NCBI GenBank assembly: GCA_016717115.1
Contig: JADKGE010000001.1
Coordinates: 573,598 to 637,597 of the forward strand
DNA: 64,000 nucleotides
Origin: Actinomycetota bacterium
GTDB taxonomy: Bacteria > Actinomycetota > Actinomycetes > S36-B12
Direction of reading: 5' to 3'
The translations under genes and the position numbers were made by a program. Below, one piece after another: positions 43,750-53,082 of the stretch. Below the pieces are notes generated by a model. That model was not told the DNA's origin, did no database searches, and worked only from the letters and a program-made list of their open reading frames with translations. The first letter of the stretch is position 1. Each line of letters begins with the position of its first letter.

Positions 43750-44729
43750 TCAGGCGTTGAGCGGCGACATGTCGGGGTACCGATCGCCAACGGCGGCGCC
43801 GATCGGGACGGCCGCGTCGATGCGGGCGAGGTCGTCGTCGGTGAGTTCGAGATCGAGGGCGCCGAGGTTGTCCTCGAGGTAGGCGATGCGGCGCGTTCCG
43901 GGGATGGGTACGACATCGTCGCCGCGCGCCAGCACCCAGGCGAGTGCGAGCTGGGCGGGCGTCGCCCCCTTCTCGTCGGCGATCGCGCGGACGCGCTTGA
44001 CGAGTTCGAGGTTCTTGTAGAAGTTGTATCCCTGGAACCTGGGGTTCCTGCGTCGGAAATCGTCCGGTGCCAGCGCGTCGATGCTGCTGATCTGCCCCGT
44101 GAGGAATCCGCGGCCTAGCGGCGAGTAGGCGACGAAGCCGATGCCGAGCTCGCGAACGGTGGCGAGGACGCCGTTGGTCTCCGGGTCGCGCGTCCACAGC
44201 GACCACTCCGTCTGCAGGGCCGTGACGGGATGCACCGCATGGGCGCGACGAATCGTGTCCGGTGCCGCCTCGGAGATGCCGAGGTGGCGCACCTTGCCGG
44301 CCGCGACCAGGTCGCTCAGGGCACCCCAGGTGTCCTCGATGGGCACCGTGCGATCGATGCGGTGCTGGTAGTACAGGTCGATGTGGTCCACCCCCAGGCG
44401 CTGCAGCGACGCGTCGCAGGCGGTGCGCACGTACTCCGGCTTCCGTTGATGCCCAGACGCGTGCCGTCCTCGGCCCGTTCGTTGCCGAACTTGGTGGCGA
44501 GCACGACCTCGTCTCGGCGTCCCGAGATGGCGCGTCCGACCAGGCGCTCGTTGGTGAAGGGGCCGTACATGTCGGCGGTGTCCAGCAGCGTGACCCCGAG
44601 GTCGAGCGCCCGCTGGATGGTGGCGAGCGATTCGGCGTCGTCGCTGCTTCCGTAGAACTCGCTCATTCCCATGCAGCCAAGGCCTTCGGCCGACACCTCA
44701 AGACCCTGTCCGAGTGTTCGATGCTTCAT
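43750..44729 (-). pseudogene. aldo/keto reductase, one frameshift
   Basis: SD AAGGAG precedes ATG at 44729. The N-terminal ORF reads [11 protein letters not shown] and LLDTADMYG. The C-terminal ORF 43750-44430 reads IDLYYQHR and VRHLGISE. One base is missing near 44443 (the length is 980 nt). Confidence 0.85.
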
Positions 44730-44787
44730 GGGGCTCCTTGATGGGAAGCGGTTAATGGACGACGCAGCCAACCTACCCCCGCCCTCC

Positions 44788-44853
44788 CCGTCGACTGCAG
44801 CGCCGCGCGTCGGTCACGCCGACCTGACCGACGCGCGGCGCTGCAGTCGACGG
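44788..44853. repeat. perfect 29-bp inverted repeat with an 8-nt loop
   Basis: CCGTCGACTGCAGCGCCGCGCGTCGGTCA-cgccgacc-TGACCGACGCGCGGCGCTGCAGTCGACGG. It lies between the phosphatase stop (44870) and the AKR start (44729). There is no U-tract. Confidence 0.9.
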
Positions 44854-44869
44854 CTGGGAGTGATGGCGG

Positions 44870-45427
44870 TCAGCTGCTGTCCCCGTCGAGGAGCAGTTGC
44901 GGGCGGACGGAGAAGCGGTACTGGCCCGAGCCGTCCGCGGCCCGCTCCAGGATCCAGTAGAGATCGAAGCGGTCCTCGGGCCAGTGCTCCGGCACGTCGG
45001 CGAGATTCTGCAGCGGGAAGGCACGCGCGAGGTCGACCAGGCGACCGTGGTGCCACACGATGAGGACGGTGCCGCCGAGGCCGAGCACGCTGTCCGCGAG
45101 CTGCGCCTCCTGCCCGTGAGTCCAGGACTCGTCGACCTCCAGGCCCAGTCGCAGGGCGGTCGGAAGGGCGGTGTCGCGCTCGCGGTGGCTGCGGGAGGTG
45201 GGCGTCGCCTTAGTCGCGAAGACCGCGCTCGGTGCCGCCCCCACGGCAGTGTCGGGGCGGGGGGCTCGGGTCAGGACCGCGGCCAACGCTCCCGCGCGGG
45301 TCCAGCCACGCACAGCGAGAGCGTGCTCGTCGTGCTCGCCGTGGCGGTTGACACCGTGGGGCGGGCCGTCGGCGCCGGGCTTCTCACCGTGCCGGATGAG
45401 GATGATCGACTCAGGGGGAGGGGTCAT
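44870..45427 (-). CDS. histidine phosphatase (phosphoglycerate mutase-like) family protein
   Basis: The N-terminal catalytic motif is IILIRHGEKP. 185 aa. Confidence 0.75.
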   Translation of the reverse strand: MTPPPESIILIRHGEKPGADGPPHGVNRHGEHDEHALAVRGWTRAGALAAVLTRAPRPDTAVGAAPSAVFATKATPTSRSHRERDTALPTALRLGLEVDESWTHGQEAQLADSVLGLGGTVLIVWHHGRLVDLARAFPLQNLADVPEHWPEDRFDLYWILERAADGSGQYRFSVRPQLLLDGDSS

Positions 45428-45437
45428 CGGCGACGGG

Positions 45438-45560
45438 TCACTCGTCCCAGCCCTTCTGGTCCTCGCCCTCGCGCACTGACGTGTTGAAGAACTTCAGCCC
45501 CAAGGCGATGGCGCCCAGGATCACGACGGCCGCGACGACGATGAAGATGATGGTTCTCAT
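45438..45560 (-). CDS. 40-aa single-pass membrane peptide (hypothetical)
   Basis: SD GAGGGAG lies about 8 nt before the ATG. The product is MRTIIFIVVAAVVILGAIALGLKFFNTSVREGEDQKGWDE. Confidence 0.4.
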   Translation of the reverse strand: MRTIIFIVVAAVVILGAIALGLKFFNTSVREGEDQKGWDE

Positions 45561-45845
45561 GGGCTGGCTCCCTCGATGCTCGACTGGCGGCGATCCGTGC
45601 TGGGCCCTACTCACCAGCAGACTATCGGCGCGGCTGCCTCCATGACCTGATCTGCGGTGGCAGATCGGATACGTGCGGAACGCTCGTCCGGACTGGTGCG
45701 TCAGACCGCTGTCGCCGGCTGACGGGCCGGAGCCGATCAGGAGGACAGAGCCATCGACGACCTCTCGAACCTCGCCCGCACGCTGGGCGTCCCCTGCCGG
45801 TCCCTGCGGGAGGCCATCGGCAGCCCGTGGCACCGCGCTCGGCAC

Positions 45846-46247
45846 GTGCGGTACGACCTTGACCTCGGCCAGCTGTTCGTCGGCCGGGACGGCCCTAGCG
45901 TGGCCATCTGGTGCCTGGGAAGTGACGAGGAGCTGATGGGTGAGCGGGGCCTGGTGACCCACACCTCGGGTTTCGTCGTGGTCGGCACCGCGACGGGAGT
46001 CCGTCTGGAGTCAGGCGAGCTGCGGTGGACGCTCGGCGGGACGAAGGTGCGCCTGGAGCGCGGTGGCGGGATCTCCGATCGTTGCTTCCTCGCGGGGCTG
46101 AAGGCCGCGGTCTCGCGGGCTGCCGCTCAGAAGGCGCCCGAGCTGAGCGCCTGCCACGTGTGCCAGGAAGTAGTCGGTCCGGAGTCGCGATACGACGAGC
46201 ACCTGTGCCACGCGTGCGCGGCCGGCGTGCTGGGAGTCGGCAACTGA
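45846..46247 (+). CDS. hypothetical protein with a C-terminal CxxC...CxxC zinc-ribbon-like motif
   Basis: 133-aa ORF reading CHVCQEVVGPESRYDEHLCHAC. I recognise no family. Confidence 0.3.
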   Translation: MRYDLDLGQLFVGRDGPSVAIWCLGSDEELMGERGLVTHTSGFVVVGTATGVRLESGELRWTLGGTKVRLERGGGISDRCFLAGLKAAVSRAAAQKAPELSACHVCQEVVGPESRYDEHLCHACAAGVLGVGN

Positions 46248-46254
46248 CGAGGTA

Positions 46255-47409
46255 GTGCAGCGCCGAGCCGGTGTACGGTCACCGAATGGCCGGACAGACG
46301 CGCGCGGGCTGCTGATGATGCGCGGCGGCATGGGCGTCGTCGGCATCGCGCTCGTCATCGCCACCTGGTGGTCGCTGCTCCGAACCCTCGTGGTGCCCCG
46401 CGGCAGCTCGCAGTTGATCCTCGCCAAGAACCGCGGACTCATCTGGGGGTTCCGATGGCTAGCACACCGTACGAGCACGTACGCCGGACGCGACCGCATA
46501 CTCATCTGGGCCTCGCCCCTGGGCATCTTCACGTCCCTGCTCCTCTGGCTGCTCCTGTTCTTCATCGGGTACGCCCTGCTCATGTTCGCGACGGGCGACC
46601 TCGGCGTCGCCGCCTCGTTCCGAGAGGCCGGCTCCAGCCTGTTCACGCTGGGTTACGCCAGCACCGACCGAGGCAACCTGACGGCCCTGGACTTCGTCGC
46701 CGCAGCTACGGGTCCGATCACCATCGGCCTGCTCATCGGATACCTGCCGACGATGTATGCCGCGTACCAGCAGCGAGAGGCAGAGGTGACCTTGATGCTG
46801 GCGCGGGCGGGCGAGCCCAACTGGGGCCCTGAACTGCTTGCCCGACATGCGATGGTCGGTATGGTCCCGCAGCTCTACGACCTGTGGCCCCTCTGGGAAC
46901 GGTGGGCCGCAGAGGTCGGTGAGAGCCATACGAACTTCCCGGTCCTGATCCAGATGCGATCGGCGCGGCCGAACCGCAACTGGTTGGTGGCCCTGCTGTG
47001 CGTCATGGACGCGGCCGCCATGCACATGGCCCTCAACCCGAGGGAGGTGCAGGATCGGCCGCGCCTGCTCCTGCGGCAGGGGATCCTGTGCCTTCAGGAA
47101 CTCGCGACCGTAGAACGCATCGCCTTCGATGATGATCCTTCTCCGGATGAGCCGTCGGCGATCTCGCGCGACGAGTTCGCCGCGGCCTGCGCGAGCCTGG
47201 CCACTGCGAACTACGCCATGGAGCGTTCGCCCGAGGACGCCTACCCGCACTTTCGCGGGTGGCGGGCCAACTACGAGGCGATGGCGTACGCGCTGGCCGA
47301 GCGCATCGAGGCGGTCCCTGCCCCGTGGAGCGGCCCGCGCCGGCCCCCGCTGCCGGTCATTGTCCCGCACCGGCCGGTGAACCGCACTCCGGATCCCGAC
47401 GCAACGTAA
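46255..47409 (+). CDS. hypothetical integral membrane protein
   Basis: 384-aa ORF with about 4 TM helices in the N-terminal half and a soluble C-terminal half. I recognise no family. Confidence 0.55.
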   Translation: MQRRAGVRSPNGRTDARGLLMMRGGMGVVGIALVIATWWSLLRTLVVPRGSSQLILAKNRGLIWGFRWLAHRTSTYAGRDRILIWASPLGIFTSLLLWLLLFFIGYALLMFATGDLGVAASFREAGSSLFTLGYASTDRGNLTALDFVAAATGPITIGLLIGYLPTMYAAYQQREAEVTLMLARAGEPNWGPELLARHAMVGMVPQLYDLWPLWERWAAEVGESHTNFPVLIQMRSARPNRNWLVALLCVMDAAAMHMALNPREVQDRPRLLLRQGILCLQELATVERIAFDDDPSPDEPSAISRDEFAAACASLATANYAMERSPEDAYPHFRGWRANYEAMAYALAERIEAVPAPWSGPRRPPLPVIVPHRPVNRTPDPDAT

Positions 47410-47598
47410 GTGCCGAGGCGCGGACCCCTCATGGCCCGCGGGTGGCCGCGTGAGTTGTCCCCGAACGAGGGACCGTGAAAATCGCGGCAATCCAGTCACG
47501 GATGATCCGCCGAACGTTACCTTTCTCGTGCGCCCGCTGGTCACCAGTGCGCTGCAGGCGGCGTCAGGGCGCATCTCGACAATCAGTCAGGAGGACGC

Positions 47599-47772
47599 AT
47601 GGGAATCATGGACAGCGCCGAGGGTCTGCTCGGTGGCGCGGGCGACCAGGTTGACGGTGCGGTGGATGCCGCTGCCGACGCGGTCAAGGACAAGGCCCCG
47701 GATCAGGTCGACGGTGCGATCGATCAGGGCGCCGACATGGCGAAGGACGCCATTACGGACCAGCTCTCCTGA
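47599..47772 (+). CDS. small Asp/Ala-rich protein of the MT0933/Rv0909 'antitoxin-like' family (57 aa)
   Basis: Below the ORF-track size cutoff. SD AGGAGG lies 4 nt before the ATG. The product is MGIMDSAEGLLGGAGDQVDGAVDAAADAVKDKAPDQVDGAIDQGADMAKDAITDQLS. A hairpin terminator follows. Confidence 0.6.
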   Translation: MGIMDSAEGLLGGAGDQVDGAVDAAADAVKDKAPDQVDGAIDQGADMAKDAITDQLS

Positions 47773-47784
47773 TCGCGCCAGCCG

Positions 47785-47818
47785 AAGAGGCCCGAACCCC
47801 ATCGGGTTCGGGCCTCTT
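47785..47818. terminator. bidirectional intrinsic terminator hairpin
   Basis: AAGAGGCCCGAACCC-catc-GGGTTCGGGCCTCTT is followed by TTC. It lies between convergent stops at 47772 and 47834. Confidence 0.7.
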
Positions 47819-47833
47819 TCGTGCGGGCCAAGG

Positions 47834-48121
47834 TCAGGCGGCCTTCCTCGTCCCTCCGCGGCCGAGGAGCGCCGCCGCACCCCAGACAGCCACGATCCCG
47901 ACGACGAGCTGCAGGCCGTGGCGGATCCAGTCGAATCCACCGGTGTCCTTGACTCCGATGAGGCTTGAGAGCCAGTCGCCCACGAACATGCCGACCACGC
48001 CGGCGACGATGACCGACCACCAGGGAATGTTCTGACGCCCCGGCAGGATGAGGCGCGCGATGATGCCGATGATCGCGCCGCCGATGATGATCCACAGGAT
48101 GTTGCCGATACTCCAGTCCAC
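47834..48121 (-). CDS. GlsB/YeaQ/YmgE-family (transglycosylase-associated) small membrane stress protein
   Basis: GTG at 48121 has a GGAG SD 7 nt upstream. The product reads ILWIIIGGAIIGIIARLILPG and GVVGMFVGDWL. Confidence 0.75.
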   Translation of the reverse strand: MDWSIGNILWIIIGGAIIGIIARLILPGRQNIPWWSVIVAGVVGMFVGDWLSSLIGVKDTGGFDWIRHGLQLVVGIVAVWGAAALLGRGGTRKAA

Positions 48122-48309
48122 GTGAGAACTCCGCATCTGACGGGTCCGACGCCCGTGCCGCGAGTATTCAACTGCACGGGCGAGCCCCTGGACCAGTGCC
48201 TGGCGTCCTCGGCCTCGAATCGCCACCGATCGCCTGCGCGGAGCGGGTGTTTGGAGGACGATCGTCCGCGAAGTCGACTAGACGGCCGCCGAGGCCCGAG
48301 GGGAGTGAC

Positions 48310-49122
48310 ATGGTCAAGCGCCGGGATGTCACGTCGCGTGAGTACAAGGTGATGCTGTCGCCGTCGAGACTGGACGGCGACGAGGCCACGATGACCGCTC
48401 AGGTCCAGGCCTTCTGGGCGGAGTTCAAGGCCGCTCTTGCTCCCTTGGACATCCCCACCACGGGCTCCTTCAGTGGCGTCAAGGCTCGCCGCCTGATCCG
48501 GTTCTTCGACACCGACGCACACTCGCTGCATTCAGACAGCTACATCGTCCGTGAGCGTGAGGACATCGAGACGGGGGAGCGGGAGGTGACCCTGAAGTTC
48601 CGCCACGCCGATCGCTACGTGGCAGCCGACCGCCGCATGGACGCGGAGTCGGCAGCCGAGGTCAAGACCAAGTTCGAGGAGGACGTGAAGCCCCCCTTCG
48701 TGAGCGTGTTCAGCTTCTCGACGACGCTTCCGCTCGAGTCCGGCCACGTCCTCGAACAGGTGCGCGACGTTGCGCACCTGTTCCCGGGCCTGACCGAGGC
48801 GCTCGATGAGCTTCCCGTCGACCAGCCGCTCGTCCTCGTCGGCGACTTCGTCGGCCATGAGATCGTCCTCGAGGGGGCGACCCTGCTGCTCGGGAAGCGC
48901 GACATCGAAGCCGAGTGCGCGCTGGTCGTCTGGTACGACGAGGGCGCCGCCGATACCACCCCTGTGGTCGCCGAGTTCAGCTTCAAGTACGGCGACGACC
49001 AGGAGGACTACCGCGGTTCGATAGCCCGCGATGCCTACGAGATCCTCAGGATTCTGCAGGGCGGGCTCGACGGATGGGTGGATGCGAAGTCGATGACGAA
49101 GACGGCGTTCGTGTACGCCTGA
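48310..49122 (+). CDS. hypothetical protein, possibly CYTH-like (triphosphate tunnel fold)
   Basis: SD GAGGGGAG precedes ATG at 48310. Alternating charged beta-strand patterns are present (REYKVML, EVTLKFRH, KTKFEEDV and AEFSFKY). The assignment is tentative. Confidence 0.4.
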   Translation: MVKRRDVTSREYKVMLSPSRLDGDEATMTAQVQAFWAEFKAALAPLDIPTTGSFSGVKARRLIRFFDTDAHSLHSDSYIVREREDIETGEREVTLKFRHADRYVAADRRMDAESAAEVKTKFEEDVKPPFVSVFSFSTTLPLESGHVLEQVRDVAHLFPGLTEALDELPVDQPLVLVGDFVGHEIVLEGATLLLGKRDIEAECALVVWYDEGAADTTPVVAEFSFKYGDDQEDYRGSIARDAYEILRILQGGLDGWVDAKSMTKTAFVYA

Positions 49123-49134
49123 GCGGGCTGCCGG

Positions 49135-50199
49135 TCAGATGCGCGACGAGGCGCGGTCGACGAGGACGTTGACGCCCGCGCCGAAGCCGGCGAACGCCGG
49201 GTTCGTGGTCTCTCCGCGGCGGAACCGGAACCAGATCTGCTGAACGATGACCGCGAGCCGGAACAGGCCGAACACCTCGTAGAACCGCCAGTCCTCCACA
49301 GGCAGGCCGGTGCGCCCCGCGTACCGCTCCACGTACTCCTCCCGCGTCGGCATGCCCGGCAGGTCGGTGGGCTGGCGACGCAGGAGCTGGAAGGCGGGAT
49401 CGTCGTCCGCCGTGACCCAGTAGGCGAGAGAGGCCCCGAGGTCCATGAGCGGGTCGCCCACGGTCGCCATCTCCCAGTCCAGGACGCCGACAAGCCGAGC
49501 GTCGCCATCGAGGTCGAGCACGAGGTTGTCGAATCGCCAGTCGCCGTGGATCAGGCGCTGCGCCACGTCGGCGGGCTGGTTGGCGTCGAGCCAGCGCATG
49601 ACATCGTCGGCCGTGGGCACGTCGTCGGTCATGGCGTCGCGATACCTCCGCGACCACCCCGACACCTGTCGGCCGACGTAGCCGGGCCCCCGTCCGAGGG
49701 TGTCCAGGCCGACGACGACAGGGTCGAGGGTGTGCAGATCGGCCTGAGCATCGATGACGGTATGGGCGAGGGTTCGTGTCAGGTCGGGGTCGCGCAGCAC
49801 CCCGGCGGGCACATCCCGACGCAGGATGGTGCCGCGCTTGCGCTCCATGAGGTAGAACTCACTGCCGATGACCGCGGGATCCGTGCAGTACCCGAGGATG
49901 TCCGGCACAAGTCCGTAGTGGGGTCGCAGCCGACGCTGCACCGTGACTTCGCGACCCATGTCGTGTGCCGAGGCGGCCTTGTGGCCCATCGGGGGGCGAC
50001 GCAGGACGAGGTCGCCGGCCGCGTCGCCGTAGGAGACCAGGTACGTGAGGTTGGACGCCCCGCCGGGGAACTGACGCACCGTCGGAGGTGCACCGCCGGT
50101 GCTGCCCGGCACGTGCTCGATTATCCAAGCGTGCAGGGCGCCAACGTCGAAGGCGTCCTCGTCGCGCGTGCGGATCGTGCCGTCCGAGCCCTCGCTCAC
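49135..50199 (-). CDS. phosphotransferase (APH/choline-kinase-like) family protein
   Basis: 354 aa. The kinase catalytic motif is LIHGDWRFDNLV. It overlaps the upstream acyl-CoA dehydrogenase gene by 4 nt. This is the pairing seen fused in ACAD10/11-type proteins. Confidence 0.8.
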   Translation of the reverse strand: MSEGSDGTIRTRDEDAFDVGALHAWIIEHVPGSTGGAPPTVRQFPGGASNLTYLVSYGDAAGDLVLRRPPMGHKAASAHDMGREVTVQRRLRPHYGLVPDILGYCTDPAVIGSEFYLMERKRGTILRRDVPAGVLRDPDLTRTLAHTVIDAQADLHTLDPVVVGLDTLGRGPGYVGRQVSGWSRRYRDAMTDDVPTADDVMRWLDANQPADVAQRLIHGDWRFDNLVLDLDGDARLVGVLDWEMATVGDPLMDLGASLAYWVTADDDPAFQLLRRQPTDLPGMPTREEYVERYAGRTGLPVEDWRFYEVFGLFRLAVIVQQIWFRFRRGETTNPAFAGFGAGVNVLVDRASSRI

Positions 50200-51422
50200 G
50201 ACGGCAGGTGGCGCTTGATCTCGCCGCGCGCAATATCGCGCAGGTGCACCTCGTCCGGACCGTCGGCAAGGCGCAGTGTGCGAGCGCCCGCGTACATCTG
50301 CGCCAGCGGCACGTCATCGCTGACGCCCATCCCGCCGAACACCTGGATCGCTCGGTCCAGAACAGCAAGTGCCGCGCGCGGTGCGGCCACCTTGATGGCC
50401 GCGATCTCCATGCGCGCTCCCTTGGGGCCGACCTGGTCGATCTTCCAGGCCGCCTTCAGGGTCAGTAGGCGGGCCTGCTCGATCGCCAGTCGCGATTCGG
50501 CAATCTGGCCCTGCACGACGCCCTGCTGCGCCAGGGGCTTGCCGAACGCGACGCGGCTCATCGCCCGCTCGGTCATGAGGTCGATCGCCCGCTCGGCCAT
50601 GCCGATCGCTCTCATGCAGTGATGGATGCGGCCGGGGCCCAGACGCGCCTGGGCGAGGGCGAAGCCGCTGCCTTCGTCGCCGAGCAGGTTCGTGATCGGC
50701 ACCCGAACGTCATTGAGGAGCACCTCTCCGTGCCCGTGCTGGTCGTGGTAGCCGAATACCGGTACCGAGCGAAGGACCTCGACTCCGGGTGCATCGACCG
50801 GCACCAGCACCATCGACTGCTGGTGGTGGACATCGGCTGACGGATCGGTCTTGCCCATGATGATCATCACCGAGCAGCGTGGGTCGTTCAGCCCGGTGGT
50901 CCACCACTTGCGGCCGTTGATCACGTAGTGGTCGCCATCGCGCTCTATTCGAGTCGCGATGTTGGTCGCGTCGCTGCTGGCAACGTCGGGTTCTGTCATC
51001 CCGAAGGCGGACCTGATGCGACCGTCGAGCAAGGGCTCGAGCCACTGATCCTTCTGCTCGGATGTGCCGAACATGTGGAGGATCTCCATGTTGCCCGTGT
51101 CCGGGGCGGAGCAGTTGATGGCCTCCGGGGCGATGTCCACGGAGCGGCCGGAGAGCTCCGCGATGGGCGCGTACTCCAGGACCGACAGCCCGTGTGCCGG
51201 CTCGGTGGAGTCCGGAAGGAAGAGGTTCCACAGGCCGCGTGAGCGTGCGTCGGCCTTCAGCTGCTCCACGACGGGGGGCAGGGTGTGCAGCTGCCCCGAC
51301 GCGGTCAGTTCGCGCCGCTGGGCCACATAGACGGGCTCCGCCGGATAGACCGCCTCGTCCATGAAGGTCTGCATGCGCCCGAGGTACTCTTCGGCGCGCG
51401 GGCTGAGGCTGAAGTCCATCAT
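50196..51422 (-). CDS. acyl-CoA dehydrogenase
   Basis: 408 aa with ACAD family sequences GMTEPDVASSDATN, WWTTG and QVFGGMG. Confidence 0.9.
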   Translation of the reverse strand: MMDFSLSPRAEEYLGRMQTFMDEAVYPAEPVYVAQRRELTASGQLHTLPPVVEQLKADARSRGLWNLFLPDSTEPAHGLSVLEYAPIAELSGRSVDIAPEAINCSAPDTGNMEILHMFGTSEQKDQWLEPLLDGRIRSAFGMTEPDVASSDATNIATRIERDGDHYVINGRKWWTTGLNDPRCSVMIIMGKTDPSADVHHQQSMVLVPVDAPGVEVLRSVPVFGYHDQHGHGEVLLNDVRVPITNLLGDEGSGFALAQARLGPGRIHHCMRAIGMAERAIDLMTERAMSRVAFGKPLAQQGVVQGQIAESRLAIEQARLLTLKAAWKIDQVGPKGARMEIAAIKVAAPRAALAVLDRAIQVFGGMGVSDDVPLAQMYAGARTLRLADGPDEVHLRDIARGEIKRHLPS

Positions 51423-51472
51423 CGTCCCCTCGTCGCGTGATCACCTCATGGTGTCACGCAGCGACCTTCGAT

Positions 51473-51862
51473 CTAGCCGCGCCCTTCCTTCTTGAAGTTC
51501 CGCCATGGCCCGGGAAGCAGCCAGATGAACATCCCGCAGATCCACACGATCAGCGTGCCCCAGATCCACCCCATGCCGGAGATGTCGAGTGAACCCCACG
51601 GGAGCACGTTTGTCACAAACAGTGCGAGGAAGGTGGCAATGAGTCCGGTCAGGGCGACGATCGACCCGGCATTGCGGATGAGGAACTTCAGGACGAGCCA
51701 GGTGAACAGCCCGCTGAGGATAGCGAACAGGACCAGGCTGACGAAGAAGCCGGTCGCGCTCGTGAAGTGGAACTGGTCCTGAGGCAGGATCAGGCCGGCG
51801 AGCAGGAGCCCGACGGCGTTGCCGCCCAGGCCCAGCAGCCAGCCGAGGAGGAATCGAGGCAT
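51473..51862 (-). CDS. DUF360/phage-holin-4-like four-helix membrane protein
   Basis: 129 aa, entirely hydrophobic helices. No phage genes are adjacent. Confidence 0.55.
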   Translation of the reverse strand: MPRFLLGWLLGLGGNAVGLLLAGLILPQDQFHFTSATGFFVSLVLFAILSGLFTWLVLKFLIRNAGSIVALTGLIATFLALFVTNVLPWGSLDISGMGWIWGTLIVWICGMFIWLLPGPWRNFKKEGRG

Positions 51863-51991
51863 GGCAAAACCCTAGCCATCCTCTCCGCGATTCGCTGGAT
51901 TTCACCCACCGAGATCCTCCACCGGAGTCTGCCCGCATGGTCGGCGCGAGTAGCCTCGAGGTCCAGCCCAAGCGCCCACGAGGGGACCCCT

Positions 51992-53062
51992 GTGCCCGAC
52001 CTGTTCTCACCGCTGACGATCCGTGCCCAGAGCTTCGCCAACCGGGCATGGGTCTCGCCCATGTGCATGTACTCGGCCGAAGGCGGAGTGGTCACCGACT
52101 GGCACCTTGTCCACCTCGGCGCACTCGCCGCCGGAGGAGCGGGGCTGGTCATGACGGAGGCCACGGGCGTGACGCCCGAGGGTCGCATCAGCCCGGCGTG
52201 CCCGGGGATCTGGAGCGACGAGCAGGCGCAGGCCTGGTCCCGAGTGGTCTCCTTCGTGCGCGGGCAGGACGCGGTGGCCGGAATACAGCTGGCGCACGCC
52301 GGGCGAAAGGCGTCCACAGCAGCGCCCTGGGACGGCGGCGGATACGTGGCGCCCGCCGACGGCGGCTGGCAGACGGTGGGGCCGTCCGACATAGCCTTCG
52401 GGACGCTGCCTGCCCCGCGGCCGATGAGCGCCGACGATATCGGCGAGACCGTGACCGCCTTTGCGACGGCCGCGCGGCGGTCGCTCGACGTCGGCTTCGA
52501 CGTGATCGAGCTGCACGCTGCCCACGGGTACCTCCTGCACCAGTTCCTCTCTCCCCTGTCGAACCTGCGAGAGGACGAGTACGGCGGTTCGCTGGACAAC
52601 CGCATGCGCTTGCCGATCGAGGTGGCGGTCGCCGTTCGCGAGGTGTGGCCGGCCGATCGGCCGCTGTTCATGCGGATCTCCACGACCGACTGGATGTCGG
52701 GCGGCTGGGACGTGAGCCAGTCGATCGAGCTGGCGCGTCGCCTCCACGACGTCGGCGTCGACTTGATCGACGCCTCGTCGGGCGGACTGCACCACGAGCA
52801 GCGGATCCCCGATCGGGTGGAGTACCAGACCGACATCGCGGCGGAACTGCGCCGGGAGGCCGGCCTGCTCGTCGGCGCCGTCGGACGGATCACCGACCCG
52901 CACCAGGCAGATGCCCTCATTCGGGACGGCAAGGCCGACGCGGTCTTCCTCGCCCGGCAGATGCTGCGCGACCCGCATTGGCCCCAGCGCGCGGCGCACG
53001 AGCTTGGTGCAGACGTCCGGTGGCCGCGGCAGTACCTGCGCGCTGCCTCCTGGCGCTCGTAG
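51992..53062 (+). CDS. NADH:flavin oxidoreductase (Old Yellow Enzyme family)
   Basis: GTG at 51992 follows a GAGGGGA SD. The product reads LFSPLTIRAQSFANRAWVSPMCMY and IELHAAHGYLLHQFLSP. Confidence 0.85.
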   Translation: MPDLFSPLTIRAQSFANRAWVSPMCMYSAEGGVVTDWHLVHLGALAAGGAGLVMTEATGVTPEGRISPACPGIWSDEQAQAWSRVVSFVRGQDAVAGIQLAHAGRKASTAAPWDGGGYVAPADGGWQTVGPSDIAFGTLPAPRPMSADDIGETVTAFATAARRSLDVGFDVIELHAAHGYLLHQFLSPLSNLREDEYGGSLDNRMRLPIEVAVAVREVWPADRPLFMRISTTDWMSGGWDVSQSIELARRLHDVGVDLIDASSGGLHHEQRIPDRVEYQTDIAAELRREAGLLVGAVGRITDPHQADALIRDGKADAVFLARQMLRDPHWPQRAAHELGADVRWPRQYLRAASWRS

Positions 53063-53082
53063 GGCGTCGGAGCGGATATCCC

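Noticed and set aside
47599-47772. The MT0933-type 'antitoxin' might be part of a toxin-antitoxin module.
   Set aside because: No co-directional partner ORF overlaps or abuts it. The only neighbour is a convergent GlsB-family stress protein beyond a terminator.
51473-51862. The holin-family-4-like membrane protein might be evidence of a prophage.
   Set aside because: There are no endolysin, terminase, capsid, integrase or att-like features nearby. The neighbours are an acyl-CoA dehydrogenase and an OYE reductase. DUF360-type proteins are common chromosomal membrane proteins.
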